NCBI GenBank assembly: GCA_035652275.1 | Contig: DASREB010000339.1 | Span: forward strand, 1,142 to 65,141 | Origin: Burkholderiales bacterium | GTDB taxonomy: Bacteria > Pseudomonadota > Gammaproteobacteria > Burkholderiales > SG8-39 | DNA: 64,000 nucleotides | Reading direction: 5' to 3' | Shown here: piece by piece, positions 22,112 to 31,004 of the stretch | Numbering within the stretch: position 1 is the first letter of the stretch | Layout: each line of letters begins with the position of its first letter | Made by a program: the position numbers and the translations under genes | Notes under the pieces: generated by a model | What the model was told of the DNA's origin: nothing | The model's database searches: none | The model's input: only the letters and a program-made list of their open reading frames with translations

Positions 22112-23343
22112 AAAAGGCGGCCAGCGAGCGCCTCGAGCTTGCCGGCCGCGAAGTCGTCATCAGCAACGCGGCGAAGCTGCTCTTTCCCGCGGCCAAGATC
22201 ACCAAGCTCGACGTCGCGCGCTATTACGTCGCCGTCGCCGAAGGTGCGCTGCGCGGCGCAGGCGGCCGGCCGAACATGCTGGTCCGATATCCGAACGGCA
22301 TCGACGGCGAATTCTTCTACCAGAAGCGCGCACCGGCGAGCCGGCCGGACTGGGTCGAGGTGGTCGAGCTCAAGTTTCCCTCCGGACGCAGCGCGCTCGA
22401 GCTGGTGCCGCGCGACGCGGCGGCGCTCGCCTGGATGGCAAACCTCGGCTGCCTGGAGCTGCATCCGCACCCGGTGCGCGCCGCCGATCTGGAGCATCCG
22501 GACGAGCTGCGCGTCGATCTCGATCCGGTGCCCGGCGTGAAGTGGGCGCAGGTGCGCGAAGTGGCGATGGTGGCGAAGGCGGCGCTCGCCGACGTCGGAC
22601 TGGCGGGCTGGCCGAAAACCTCGGGCAAGCGGGGCATGCATATCTACGTACGCATCGAACAGCGCTGGACGTTTGACGAAGTCCGGCGCGCGGCGCTCGC
22701 GCTCGCGCGCGATGTCGAGAGCCGCGCGCCGCGGCTCGCGACGAGCAAGTGGTGGAAGGAAGAGCGCCAGGGCGTGTTCGTCGACTACAACCAGAACGCG
22801 AAGGACCGCACCATCGCCTCCGCGTACTCGGTGCGCCCGACGCCGCAGGCGACGGTGTCGGCGCCCCTCGACTGGAGCGAAGTGCCCGACTGCGAGCCAG
22901 CGGACTTCACGCTCATCAACATGCCGCGCCGCTATCAGCGTGTCGGCGATCGGCATGCGGGGATCGACGAGCGCGCCGGATCGCTCGAGCGGCTGCTCGA
23001 GCTGTTCGAAAAGCAGGGGCAGGGCGACGCGCCGTGGCCGCCGCACTATAAGAAACAGGCCGGCGAGCCGGCACGCGTGCAGCCGTCGAAGCGTAAGCTC
23101 CCGGTGATCGAGATCGGCCGCGCCAAGCACAGGGAGGACGCGCTTGCGGGACTAGAACGCTGGCGCAAGCGCCACCCGGAAGCGGCCAAGCACCTCGAGC
23201 CGGCGGACGTGCTGGTCGATTCGATGCGCGGCCGATACACCACGTGGACGCGCATCCGGGTGAATCTGCAGCACGTGCCGCAGAAGCTGCGGCCCGCTCA
23301 GGAGCCTTTGGACCCGGACGAGAAGACGCTCTCGAGCTCGTAG
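22108..23343 (+). CDS. stand-alone LigD-type primase-polymerase (NHEJ/BER polymerase domain) with ~110-aa C-terminal extension
   Basis: 411 aa. KLLFPAAKITKLDVARYY..., ELHPHPVR, VDLDP, KTSGKRGMHIYVRI and DYNQNAKDRTIASAYSVRP are the archaeo-eukaryotic primase-like LigD Pol motifs. GTGA overlap with the upstream gene. Confidence 0.85.
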   Translation: MKKAASERLELAGREVVISNAAKLLFPAAKITKLDVARYYVAVAEGALRGAGGRPNMLVRYPNGIDGEFFYQKRAPASRPDWVEVVELKFPSGRSALELVPRDAAALAWMANLGCLELHPHPVRAADLEHPDELRVDLDPVPGVKWAQVREVAMVAKAALADVGLAGWPKTSGKRGMHIYVRIEQRWTFDEVRRAALALARDVESRAPRLATSKWWKEERQGVFVDYNQNAKDRTIASAYSVRPTPQATVSAPLDWSEVPDCEPADFTLINMPRRYQRVGDRHAGIDERAGSLERLLELFEKQGQGDAPWPPHYKKQAGEPARVQPSKRKLPVIEIGRAKHREDALAGLERWRKRHPEAAKHLEPADVLVDSMRGRYTTWTRIRVNLQHVPQKLRPAQEPLDPDEKTLSSS

Positions 23344-24398
23344 GGCTGCGTCACCTCGAGCTGGTCGTAGCGACAGTCTTCGGGCGGCTTGTCGGGCCGC
23401 CAGCGCAGAAATGTCGCCGCGTGGCGGAAGCGATCGCCCTGCAGGTGGTCGTACTTCACTTCGCAGACGCGCTCAGGGCGCAGCGGCTCCCACGAGAGAT
23501 CCTTGCCCGCGCTCCAGCGGCTCTGGCCGCCGGGCATGCGGTTCGATTCAGCGGCGGCGCCGGCCCACTCGCGCCAGGGATGCTCGCGCATCGCGTCCTT
23601 GCGCAGCGGCCCGAGCACCTGCACCAGCTGCTTGCGCATGCTCATGGTGAAGGACGAAGTAACGCCCACATGCTGCAGCACGCCGGCATCGTCGTACAGG
23701 CCAAGGAGCAGTGAGCCGACGGCGTCCTTTGCGCTCTTGTGCCAGCGAAAGCCCGCGACCACGCAGTCCGCGGTGCGCGCGTGCTTCACCTTGATCATCG
23801 CGCGCTTGCCCGGCTGGTAGGCGAGAGTGGCGGGCTTGGCGATGACGCCGTCGAGTCCCGCGCCTTCGAAGTGCTCGAGCCAGTGCTCTGCCTGCTTGCG
23901 TTCGCGCGTCATCGGCGTGAGATAGAGCGGCGGCTTCGCGCGACGCAGGAGCCGTTCGAGAGCGGCGCGCCGCGCCTGCTGCGGCTCGCTCATGAGATTG
24001 CGCCCGTCGAGCGCAAGGACATCGAAGGCGACGAACGACGCGGGCGTCTCCTTCGCCAGCCTGGCAACGCGCGAGGCCGCCGGGTGCAATCGCAGCTGCA
24101 GAGCGTCGAAATCGAGGCCGCGCGGCGTGGCGATGACGATCTCGCCGTCAAGCACGCAGCCGGCGGGCAGGCGCTCGAGGAGCGCGTCGTGCAATTCCGG
24201 GAAATAGCGATCGAGCGGCCGCGAGTCGCGGCTCTGGATGAAGACCTCGCGAGCGCCCTTGAATACCAGCGCGCGGAAGCCATCCCATTTCGGCTCGAAA
24301 AGATAATCGCCGGCCGGGGGCAACGCGTCGGCCAGCTTGGCGAGCATCGGCTCGACCGGCGGCGCGATGGCATATAACTCGCTTGCAGCGCTCGACAT
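23298..24398 (-). CDS. ATP-dependent DNA ligase (LigC / LigD ligase-domain type)
   Basis: 366 aa. Adenylation motif I EPKWDGFRAL, followed by the nucleotidyltransferase and OB-fold pattern. The 3' end overlaps the convergent primase-polymerase gene by 46 nt. Confidence 0.9.
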   Translation of the reverse strand: MSSAASELYAIAPPVEPMLAKLADALPPAGDYLFEPKWDGFRALVFKGAREVFIQSRDSRPLDRYFPELHDALLERLPAGCVLDGEIVIATPRGLDFDALQLRLHPAASRVARLAKETPASFVAFDVLALDGRNLMSEPQQARRAALERLLRRAKPPLYLTPMTRERKQAEHWLEHFEGAGLDGVIAKPATLAYQPGKRAMIKVKHARTADCVVAGFRWHKSAKDAVGSLLLGLYDDAGVLQHVGVTSSFTMSMRKQLVQVLGPLRKDAMREHPWREWAGAAAESNRMPGGQSRWSAGKDLSWEPLRPERVCEVKYDHLQGDRFRHAATFLRWRPDKPPEDCRYDQLEVTQPYELESVFSSGSKGS

Positions 24399-24840
24399 GG
24401 TCGGACGGTTGCTACGCGAAGCGCTGTGGGCGCCAGCGATGATCGTGCTCGGCGCGCTGGTGCTCGCCCATTTGCCGCGCGCGCCGCACTGGTGGTGGCT
24501 CCTGCATATCGTCGGTGGCGCGGCCGTGGCGTTCTGCTATCTGCGCGCCATTCGCATCGCGGCGCCACGACTGGGCGCGCTGCAGCCCGCGGGCGCGTAC
24601 CTCCTTGCGTTCGCGCTCTCCTGCAGCAGTGCGCTCGGCTGGGAGATCGGCGAGTTCGCCGTGGACCAGATTGCCGGCACCACGCTGCAGCAGGGAAATT
24701 TCGACACCATGAGCGATCTCATTCTCGGCGTGGCAGGTGCGGCGGTGTATCTCGGCGTTCATGCGATAAGAAGCTCGCGCACAAGTTGGCCAGAATTAGG
24801 TAAGCGGCAGCACCAGGCGCGCGATCAGGCCGCGCGGTGA
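24397..24840 (+). CDS. hypothetical integral membrane protein
   Basis: Four hydrophobic segments (MIVLGALVLAHL, WWWLLHIVGGAAVAF, AYLLAFALSCSSALGW, LILGVAGAAVYLGV). Start ambiguous (TTG 24337, ATG 24367, ATG 24397). Confidence 0.45.
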   Translation: MVGRLLREALWAPAMIVLGALVLAHLPRAPHWWWLLHIVGGAAVAFCYLRAIRIAAPRLGALQPAGAYLLAFALSCSSALGWEIGEFAVDQIAGTTLQQGNFDTMSDLILGVAGAAVYLGVHAIRSSRTSWPELGKRQHQARDQAAR

Positions 24841-26088
24841 GCGCGGCTCGAGTTCGAGCCTGCCGCCGTGCGCCTGCGCGGTGCGCTCGACGATGGCGAG
24901 GCCGAGGCCCGAGCCGCCGTGGCCCGAGCGCGAGTCGTCGAGCCGCGTGAACGGGCGCTTCAGCCGCTCGACCTCCTGCACCGGAATGCCGGGCCCCGAG
25001 TCCCGCACTTCGATCGCGACCTCGGGATTGCGCGCGAGCAGCTCGATCTCCACCGGCTCGCCGGCATAGCGCAGCGCGTTGTCGACCAGGTTCGCCACCG
25101 CGCGGCGTACCGCCATGCGCGCAAAGCGGAACGGCTTCACGCGATGGTAAATGAACCGCACGTTCTTGCCGATGCGCGCATAGTGCTCGGCCAGCTCGCC
25201 CACCAGGTCGCCGATGTCGTGCTCCTTCTTCTCCTCGTTCTCGCCGCGTGCGAAATCGAGAAACTGGCCGATGATGGCGTCCATCTCTTCGATGTCGGCG
25301 ACCATCGCGTCGCGCGCGTGCTGCATCTCATCCCCCGGGGCGCCGCTCATCTCGAGCGCGAGGCGCAGGCGCGAGAGCGGCGTGCGCAGATCGTGCGAGA
25401 TGCCGGCGAGCACCATGGCGCGCTCGCGCTCCATCGCCTCGAGGTTGCTCGCCATGCGGTTGAAGGCGGCGGCGACGGTGCGCACCTCGCGCGGCCCCTG
25501 CTCGGGGAGCGGTTGGTGCGGCTGGCCGCGCCCGAGGCGGCCGGCGGCGCGCCGCATGGCGGCGAGCGGGCGCGCGATGTTCGAGGCGATGAACCAGGCG
25601 CCGAGCAGCGCAAGCACCACCACCGCCGCGAGCCAGCTGAGCCACTGCAGGCCGATCGCCGGCTCGAAGCGCTCGCGCGGCAGCATTACCCAGAACTCGT
25701 CCTCGTCGATGAAGAAGCTGACCCAGAATCCTTCCTCGCCGTCGCGCGCGTAGGCAAAGCGCGTTTCCTCGCCGAGGGCGTCGCGCACCTTCTGCACCAC
25801 GCGATCGAGCAGCTCGTCGTCCGGCAGCGGCTCGGTCTTTTCGCTCGCCGTGACGGGATAGACGCGCAGACCCTCGGTCTCGTTCAGCTCGATGAGCAGC
25901 TGCCGGCGCAGCACCGGGTCGGCGTTCACCAGCGCCGCGCGCGTCAGGTTGACGGTGCTCACCGTCTGCTGCGCGAGCTCGCGGGAACGTGGCTCCCGCT
26001 CGTATACCCGGTAGATCTGCAGCGATGCCAGCAGCGCGGCGACAATGAGCAGCGCGATCAGCAGGAACGCGCGTGCGAAGAGGGTCAC
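24796..26088 (-). CDS. envZ: two-component sensor histidine kinase, EnvZ-like
   Basis: 430 aa. N-terminal TM, HAMP, H-box ISHDLRTPLSRLRL, N-box VDNALRYA, G-box GSGLGLAIVERTAQAHGG. ATGA-type overlap with ompR. Confidence 0.85.
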   Translation of the reverse strand: MTLFARAFLLIALLIVAALLASLQIYRVYEREPRSRELAQQTVSTVNLTRAALVNADPVLRRQLLIELNETEGLRVYPVTASEKTEPLPDDELLDRVVQKVRDALGEETRFAYARDGEEGFWVSFFIDEDEFWVMLPRERFEPAIGLQWLSWLAAVVVLALLGAWFIASNIARPLAAMRRAAGRLGRGQPHQPLPEQGPREVRTVAAAFNRMASNLEAMERERAMVLAGISHDLRTPLSRLRLALEMSGAPGDEMQHARDAMVADIEEMDAIIGQFLDFARGENEEKKEHDIGDLVGELAEHYARIGKNVRFIYHRVKPFRFARMAVRRAVANLVDNALRYAGEPVEIELLARNPEVAIEVRDSGPGIPVQEVERLKRPFTRLDDSRSGHGGSGLGLAIVERTAQAHGGRLELEPRSPRGLIARLVLPLT

Positions 26089-26813
26089 TTGGCCTGCTGG
26101 TCGTCCGGCACGAATACGTAACCGAAGCCCCAGACGGTCTGGATATGCTTCGGATGGGCCGGATCCTCCTCCACGATCTTGCGAAGTCGCGAGATCTGCA
26201 CGTCGATCGAGCGGTCGAACACCTCGTACTCGCGGCCGCGCGCGAGCTCCATCAGCTTGTCGCGCGAGAGCGGCTGGCGCGGGTGCTGGACCAGCACCTT
26301 GAGCACCGAGAATTCGCCGGTCGTGAGCGGCACGTTCTTGCCCTCGCGCGTCAGGCTGCGCGTCGCCAGGTTGAATTCGAACGGCCCGAAGCGATGCTGC
26401 TCCCCCGCGGCACTCGGCGCGCCCGGCGGCCCGGCGGGAGCGCGGCGGCGCAGCACGGCGTTGATGCGCGCGAGGAGCTCGCGCGGGTTGAAAGGCTTCG
26501 GCAGGTAGTCGTCGGCGCCCATCTCGAGGCCGACGATGCGGTCGACGTCGTCGCCTTTCGCCGTCAGCATGATGATGGCGGGCGAGGTCTGCTGCGCGCG
26601 CAGGCGCCGGCAGATGGCGAGCCCGTCCTCGCCGGGAAGCATCAGATCGAGCACGACCAGGTCGTAGCGCTCGCGTCCGAGCTGCTTGTCCATGCCGCGG
26701 GCGTCGGGCACCGCCTTGACGTCGTAGCCTTCGCCGCTCAGGTACTTCACCAGCAGGTCGCGCAGCCGCTGATCGTCGTCCACCACCAGGATGCGCGTCT
26801 TGAGCTCAGCCAT
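26085..26813 (-). CDS. ompR: OmpR-family response regulator
   Basis: Start at ATG 26813 (MAELKTRILVVDDD...). Receiver Asp in VVLDLMLPGEDG, C-terminal winged helix (IQTVWGFGYVF). Confidence 0.92.
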   Translation of the reverse strand: MAELKTRILVVDDDQRLRDLLVKYLSGEGYDVKAVPDARGMDKQLGRERYDLVVLDLMLPGEDGLAICRRLRAQQTSPAIIMLTAKGDDVDRIVGLEMGADDYLPKPFNPRELLARINAVLRRRAPAGPPGAPSAAGEQHRFGPFEFNLATRSLTREGKNVPLTTGEFSVLKVLVQHPRQPLSRDKLMELARGREYEVFDRSIDVQISRLRKIVEEDPAHPKHIQTVWGFGYVFVPDDQQAK

Positions 26814-26888
26814 GGAGCAACGGATTGTTACAAAAATTGGACGCGGCGACACCCCTCGGCGCACGCATCCCGGTAACATCGCCAGCGC

Positions 26889-27152
26889 ATGAAACGCTGC
26901 GCCGCGCTGCTCCTCGCACTGTTAATGGCTGCCGGGCCGGCTTTTGCGCAGCGCGGCGAGCGCGAGGTGCGTGGCGCCGGCAAGAACCAGAGCATGAGCA
27001 AGGACCAGCGCCAGCGCATGCGCGATGACATGCGCGAAGTGTTCCGCGACCGCAACCGCCAGGACCGCCCGCCGGCGCGCCAGCTCTCGCCACAGGAGCG
27101 CGAGCAGCTGCGCCGCGACATCCAGAACGCCAACAAAGACCTTCGCAAGTAG
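26889..27152 (+). CDS. small secreted Arg/Gln-rich protein (CpxP/Spy-like LTxxQ-type segments?)
   Basis: 87 aa. Signal peptide MKRCAALLLALLMAAGPAFAQ. Segments MSKDQRQRMRDDM and LSPQEREQLRRDI. Divergent from ompR. Confidence 0.55.
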   Translation: MKRCAALLLALLMAAGPAFAQRGEREVRGAGKNQSMSKDQRQRMRDDMREVFRDRNRQDRPPARQLSPQEREQLRRDIQNANKDLRK

Positions 27153-27225
27153 GAATCGGCGTCGGGGTCTTAATTCAGGGACGCGCTGAAGCCGCCCGCT
27201 TGCGCGGGAGCGACGATTCCTTGCG

Positions 27226-28122
27226 CTAGTTCGGGCGGGCGGCGGTCTCCCGCCGGAAAAGGTAAAGCCCGCTCGCGATGACGATCGCGGCGCCGATCCA
27301 CACCGCCGCGGCCGGTACGTCGCCGAAGACGAGGTAACCGAACGCCGCCATATAGATCACCTGCTGGTAGAGAAACGGCGCGATGACGCTCGAGGGCGCA
27401 TAACGGTGCGCCGCGGCGAGCAGCTGGTGGCCGGCGGCGCCGAAGACGCCGAGCAGGCAGGCCACCGTCCATTCGAGCCAGGTGTCCGGCCATTGCCAAC
27501 GGGCGAGCGCGAACGGTGTAAGCAGAACCGCTGCGGCGACGGCCGGCAGGTACTGGATGGTCTCCGCGGACTCGTAGGCCGCAAGCCGGCGCGTCATCAG
27601 CATGAAGATGGCGTACATCACGGCATTGGCGAGCGCGGCAAGCATCGCCGGATGGAACTGCGCCGTCCCCGGCCGCACGATGACCAGGACGCCGATGAAG
27701 CCGACCACGATCGCGGTCCAGCGCCCGGCATCGAGGCGCTCGCCCAGGAAGAGCGCGCTGATCAGCGCGATGAGGATCGGTGTCGTAAAGAAGATCGACG
27801 ACGTCACCGTGAGCTGCAGGTACTGCAGCGCCCAGACGTTGATGCCGGTCATCGTCATGAACATGAGCGCGCGCAGCGCGTGCCAGCGCCAGTAACGAGT
27901 GCGCACCAGCGCCGCGCCGCGCAGCGGCAACAGCACTGCGCTGGCAACAAGCGCGTGCATCACGAAGCGCAGCCACACCACCATGACGACCGGCATGCTG
28001 GCGACGAGCCACTTGGCGCTGCCATCGAGCAGCGTGAAGAGCAGGTAGCAGACCGAGACGATGCCGATGCCGGTCAGCCGGTTGCGCGCGCTGTCGGCGT
28101 GCAGCAGGCCGGCGCTTACCAC
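27226..28122 (-). CDS. DMT-superfamily (EamA-like) transporter
   Basis: ~10 TM segments. GTG 28122 is chosen so the first TM (IGIVSVCYLLFTLLDG) is retained; it overlaps the SDR stop by 7 nt. The longer 446-aa track ORF is rejected. Confidence 0.8.
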   Translation of the reverse strand: MVSAGLLHADSARNRLTGIGIVSVCYLLFTLLDGSAKWLVASMPVVMVVWLRFVMHALVASAVLLPLRGAALVRTRYWRWHALRALMFMTMTGINVWALQYLQLTVTSSIFFTTPILIALISALFLGERLDAGRWTAIVVGFIGVLVIVRPGTAQFHPAMLAALANAVMYAIFMLMTRRLAAYESAETIQYLPAVAAAVLLTPFALARWQWPDTWLEWTVACLLGVFGAAGHQLLAAAHRYAPSSVIAPFLYQQVIYMAAFGYLVFGDVPAAAVWIGAAIVIASGLYLFRRETAARPN

Positions 28123-28781
28123 GGAATCGGCGAGCCGTCGTGCGACAGGAACTTGCCGCCATCGCGGGACGTCAGGCCGGCGATCACCTGGCGCAGGCCC
28201 GCCACGGAGCTCTCCGGCGCAAGCGGCGCGCTCGCTCCCCCCATGTCGGTGCGCACCCAGCCCGGACTCAGCGCCACCACGATCATGCTCTTCGGTGCGA
28301 GCTGCGCGGCGAGGCCTTTCACCAGCATGTTGAGCGCCGCTTTGCTGGTGGCGTAGGGCAGCGTCATGCCGCTCGCCTCGGCGATCGAGCCGAGGCGGCT
28401 CGACATCATCGCGATGACCTTGCGCTCGCCGGCGAGCAGGTTCGGCAGCAGGGCCTCCGCGACTGCGGCCGCGCCGAGCAGATTGACGCGCAGCACTTCT
28501 TCCCAGGACTCGTAATCGAAACTCCCGAGCGCCATGCCGCGTTTGCCGCTGATGCCGGCATTGCAAAAGAGCACATCGAGCGCCACGCCGCGCAGCGCCT
28601 TCGCGAGCGCCGCAATCTGCTTGCGATCGGTGACGTCGGCGATCTGCCGCTCGACATGAGCCGGCATCTTGGCTTGGGAGCTTCGCACGGTGCCGATCAC
28701 CCGCCAGCCGTCGGCGGCGTATTGGCGCGCGAGCTCGTAGCCCAGGCCACGTCCCGCACCCGTAATGAGGATCGTGCTCAT
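28116..28781 (-). CDS. short-chain dehydrogenase/reductase (SDR)
   Basis: 221 aa. MSTILITGAGRGLGYELARQ Rossmann motif (TGxxxGxG). YATSKAAL catalytic Y-x3-K. Confidence 0.88.
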   Translation of the reverse strand: MSTILITGAGRGLGYELARQYAADGWRVIGTVRSSQAKMPAHVERQIADVTDRKQIAALAKALRGVALDVLFCNAGISGKRGMALGSFDYESWEEVLRVNLLGAAAVAEALLPNLLAGERKVIAMMSSRLGSIAEASGMTLPYATSKAALNMLVKGLAAQLAPKSMIVVALSPGWVRTDMGGASAPLAPESSVAGLRQVIAGLTSRDGGKFLSHDGSPIPW

Positions 28782-29425
28782 TGCACCAGCGCGATGGCGA
28801 AGCCGTCGTAGCCCTTCACGCCGACGGTCTGCACTGCAGTGGCCGCGACCCGCGGCTCGGCCGCCATCAGCTCGTAGAGCTGCCGCACACCCTGAACGGC
28901 GCCATCGCGCGAGCGCGCGTCGAGCACCGCGCCGTCGCGCACGACGTTGTCGACGACGATCAGGCTGCCAGGACGCGACAGCTTGAGCGCCCAGCGAAAG
29001 TATTCCGGGTTGTTCTGCTTGTCCGCGTCGATGAACACCAGATCGAACGGCCCGGCGAGCTGCGGCAGCGTATCGAGCGCCGGGCCCACTCGCACTTCCA
29101 CCCTATCGCCAAGCCCGGCGCGGGCGAGGTTCTCGCGCGCGAGCGCCGCATGCTTCTCCAGCGCTTCGAGGGTAATCAGCCGCCCGCCCGGCGCGAGGCC
29201 GCGCGCCAGCCAGATCGCGCTGTAGCCGCCAAGCGTGCCGATCTCGAGGATGCGCTTCGCTTGCAGCGTCCGCGCGAGAAGCCACAGCAGCTTGCCGTGC
29301 GCGGGCGAGACGCTGATCGGCGGCAGCCCGGCCGCCTCGCTCGCTTCGAGCGTCGCGCTGAGCGCGGCATCCGGCTGCACCAGTGTGTCGCCGATATAGC
29401 GGTCGACGTCATCCCAGCGCTTCAT
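28778..29425 (-). CDS. class I SAM-dependent O-methyltransferase (caffeoyl-CoA OMT-like)
   Basis: 215 aa. ILEIGTLGGYSAIWLA SAM-binding motif, FDLVFIDADKQNNPEY metal/substrate motif typical of the CCoAOMT family. Confidence 0.85.
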   Translation of the reverse strand: MKRWDDVDRYIGDTLVQPDAALSATLEASEAAGLPPISVSPAHGKLLWLLARTLQAKRILEIGTLGGYSAIWLARGLAPGGRLITLEALEKHAALARENLARAGLGDRVEVRVGPALDTLPQLAGPFDLVFIDADKQNNPEYFRWALKLSRPGSLIVVDNVVRDGAVLDARSRDGAVQGVRQLYELMAAEPRVAATAVQTVGVKGYDGFAIALVQ

Positions 29426-29961
29426 GCGCGCCTGCCGATCCCGGGCACCAGGCGCCCGACGCGGCGCGCATAGGCCCGGTACGGATCACCGTGCGCGCGG
29501 ACGAGATACGCTTCTTCGGCCGCGATCTGCAGCCGGATGCCGATATAGGTGCCGGCGAGCAGTGCCGCGGAGAGGACCGTGGGGATCAGCAGCGCATAGC
29601 CGGCCACGATGATGAGCAGCGCGAGAAAGATCGGATTGCGTGACAGCGCATAGACGCCGCTTGTCACGAGAGCTGAACGCGCCGGCTCGTCGATGCCGAT
29701 GCGCCACGACGCGCCGAGCTGGAGCTGGGCCGTCACGAGCAGCACCAGCCCGGCAAGCATCAGCAGTGCGCCGAGCACGTGCCGCAGCGCGGCGGGCGCG
29801 CGCCGATCGGCCTGCGCAAGCGCATCGCGCAGCTGCTGGGCGGCGCCGCTGCGAAAGAGCAGAATGCCGTGCACGCCGTATTTGCGCCGCTGCAGCCATG
29901 GGCGCCACAGGAACACGATGGCGAGCATCGCGAGCACGCCGGCAAGCGGCAGCCAGCGCAT
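29422..29961 (-). CDS. membrane methyltransferase, isoprenylcysteine carboxyl methyltransferase (ICMT)/phospholipid MT family
   Basis: 179 aa starting MRWLPLAG. TM-rich. LVTSGVYALSRNPIFLALL and EEAYLVRAHGDPYRAYARRVGRLVP match the ICMT-family C-terminal pattern. Confidence 0.75.
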   Translation of the reverse strand: MRWLPLAGVLAMLAIVFLWRPWLQRRKYGVHGILLFRSGAAQQLRDALAQADRRAPAALRHVLGALLMLAGLVLLVTAQLQLGASWRIGIDEPARSALVTSGVYALSRNPIFLALLIIVAGYALLIPTVLSAALLAGTYIGIRLQIAAEEAYLVRAHGDPYRAYARRVGRLVPGIGRRA

Positions 29962-31004
29962 CAGAGCGCGGCGATCACCGCCTGCGTGACCTCGCGCGTG
30001 CGCGCGCTGCCGCCGAGGTCCGGCGTAAAGATTTTCTGCGCGGTGACTTTCTCGATCGCGCGCATGATGCGCGTCGCGGCGCGCGCCTCGCCCAGATGCT
30101 CGAGCATGAGCGACGCCGTCCAGAACGTCGCGATCGGATTGGCGACGCCTTTGCCGGTGATGTCGAAAGCCGAGCCATGGATCGGCTCGAACATCGAGGG
30201 GAATTTGCGCTCCGGATTGAGATTGGCAGTCGGTGCGATGCCGAGCGAGCCGGACAGCGCCGCCGCCAGGTCCGAAAGAATGTCCGCGTGCAGATTGGAG
30301 GCGACCACCGTGTCGATGGCAGCGGGATTCAGCACCATGCGCGTCGTCATGGCGTCGACCAGCACGCGGTCGGTTTTCACATCGGGATAGTCCTTCGCGA
30401 CTTCGTAGAACAGCTCGTCCCACAGCACCATGCCGTGGCGCTGCGCATTGGACTTGGTCACGAGCGTCAGATGCTGGCGCGGCCGCTTGCGCGCGAGCTC
30501 GAAGGCGAAGCGGTGGATGCGCTCGACGCCGCTGCGCGTAAAGGTGGACACCTCCACGGCGAGCTCGTTGCCGAGGCCGCAATGCACCCGGCCGCCGGCG
30601 CCCGAATATTCGCCTTCGGTGTTCTCGCGCACGATGACCCAGTCGATCGCGCTGCCCTTGTCGAGCGGTGAGCGGACGCCGGGCAGCACGCGCGCCGGCC
30701 GCACGTTGGCGTACTGATCGAACCCCTGGCAGATCGGCAGCCTCAGGCCCCAGAGCGAGACGTGATCCGGCACGTCGGGCGCGCCGACCGCACCGAAGAA
30801 GATGGCGTCGAAGCTCTTGAGCTGCGCGAGACCGCCCTCGGGGATATAGCGCCCGGTTTGCTGGTAGCGCCTGGAGCTCCAATCAAACGGCTCGAACTCG
30901 AGGCGAAAGCCGTCAGCGACCCGCTCGAGGACTTCGATGCCGGCCGGGATCACCTCATTGCCGATGCCATCGCCGGGAATGGCGGCGATGCGATACGTTT
31001 TCAC
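29961..31004 (-). CDS. isocitrate/isopropylmalate dehydrogenase family protein, tartrate dehydrogenase-like (paralog B)
   Basis: 347 aa. MKTYRIAAIPGDGIGNEV, VIVRENTEGEYSG, NLHADILSDLAAAL, EPIHGSAFDI are family motifs. Confidence 0.88.
   Translation of the reverse strand: MKTYRIAAIPGDGIGNEVIPAGIEVLERVADGFRLEFEPFDWSSRRYQQTGRYIPEGGLAQLKSFDAIFFGAVGAPDVPDHVSLWGLRLPICQGFDQYANVRPARVLPGVRSPLDKGSAIDWVIVRENTEGEYSGAGGRVHCGLGNELAVEVSTFTRSGVERIHRFAFELARKRPRQHLTLVTKSNAQRHGMVLWDELFYEVAKDYPDVKTDRVLVDAMTTRMVLNPAAIDTVVASNLHADILSDLAAALSGSLGIAPTANLNPERKFPSMFEPIHGSAFDITGKGVANPIATFWTASLMLEHLGEARAATRIMRAIEKVTAQKIFTPDLGGSARTREVTQAVIAAL

Noticed and set aside
22000-24900. Search for a Ku gene or a LigD phosphoesterase domain next to the primase-polymerase and ligase genes
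   Set aside because: No ORF in or around the locus has Ku-like length or pattern. The flanking ORFs are DUF3303 and a membrane protein. The absence is reported as part of a finding rather than as a feature.
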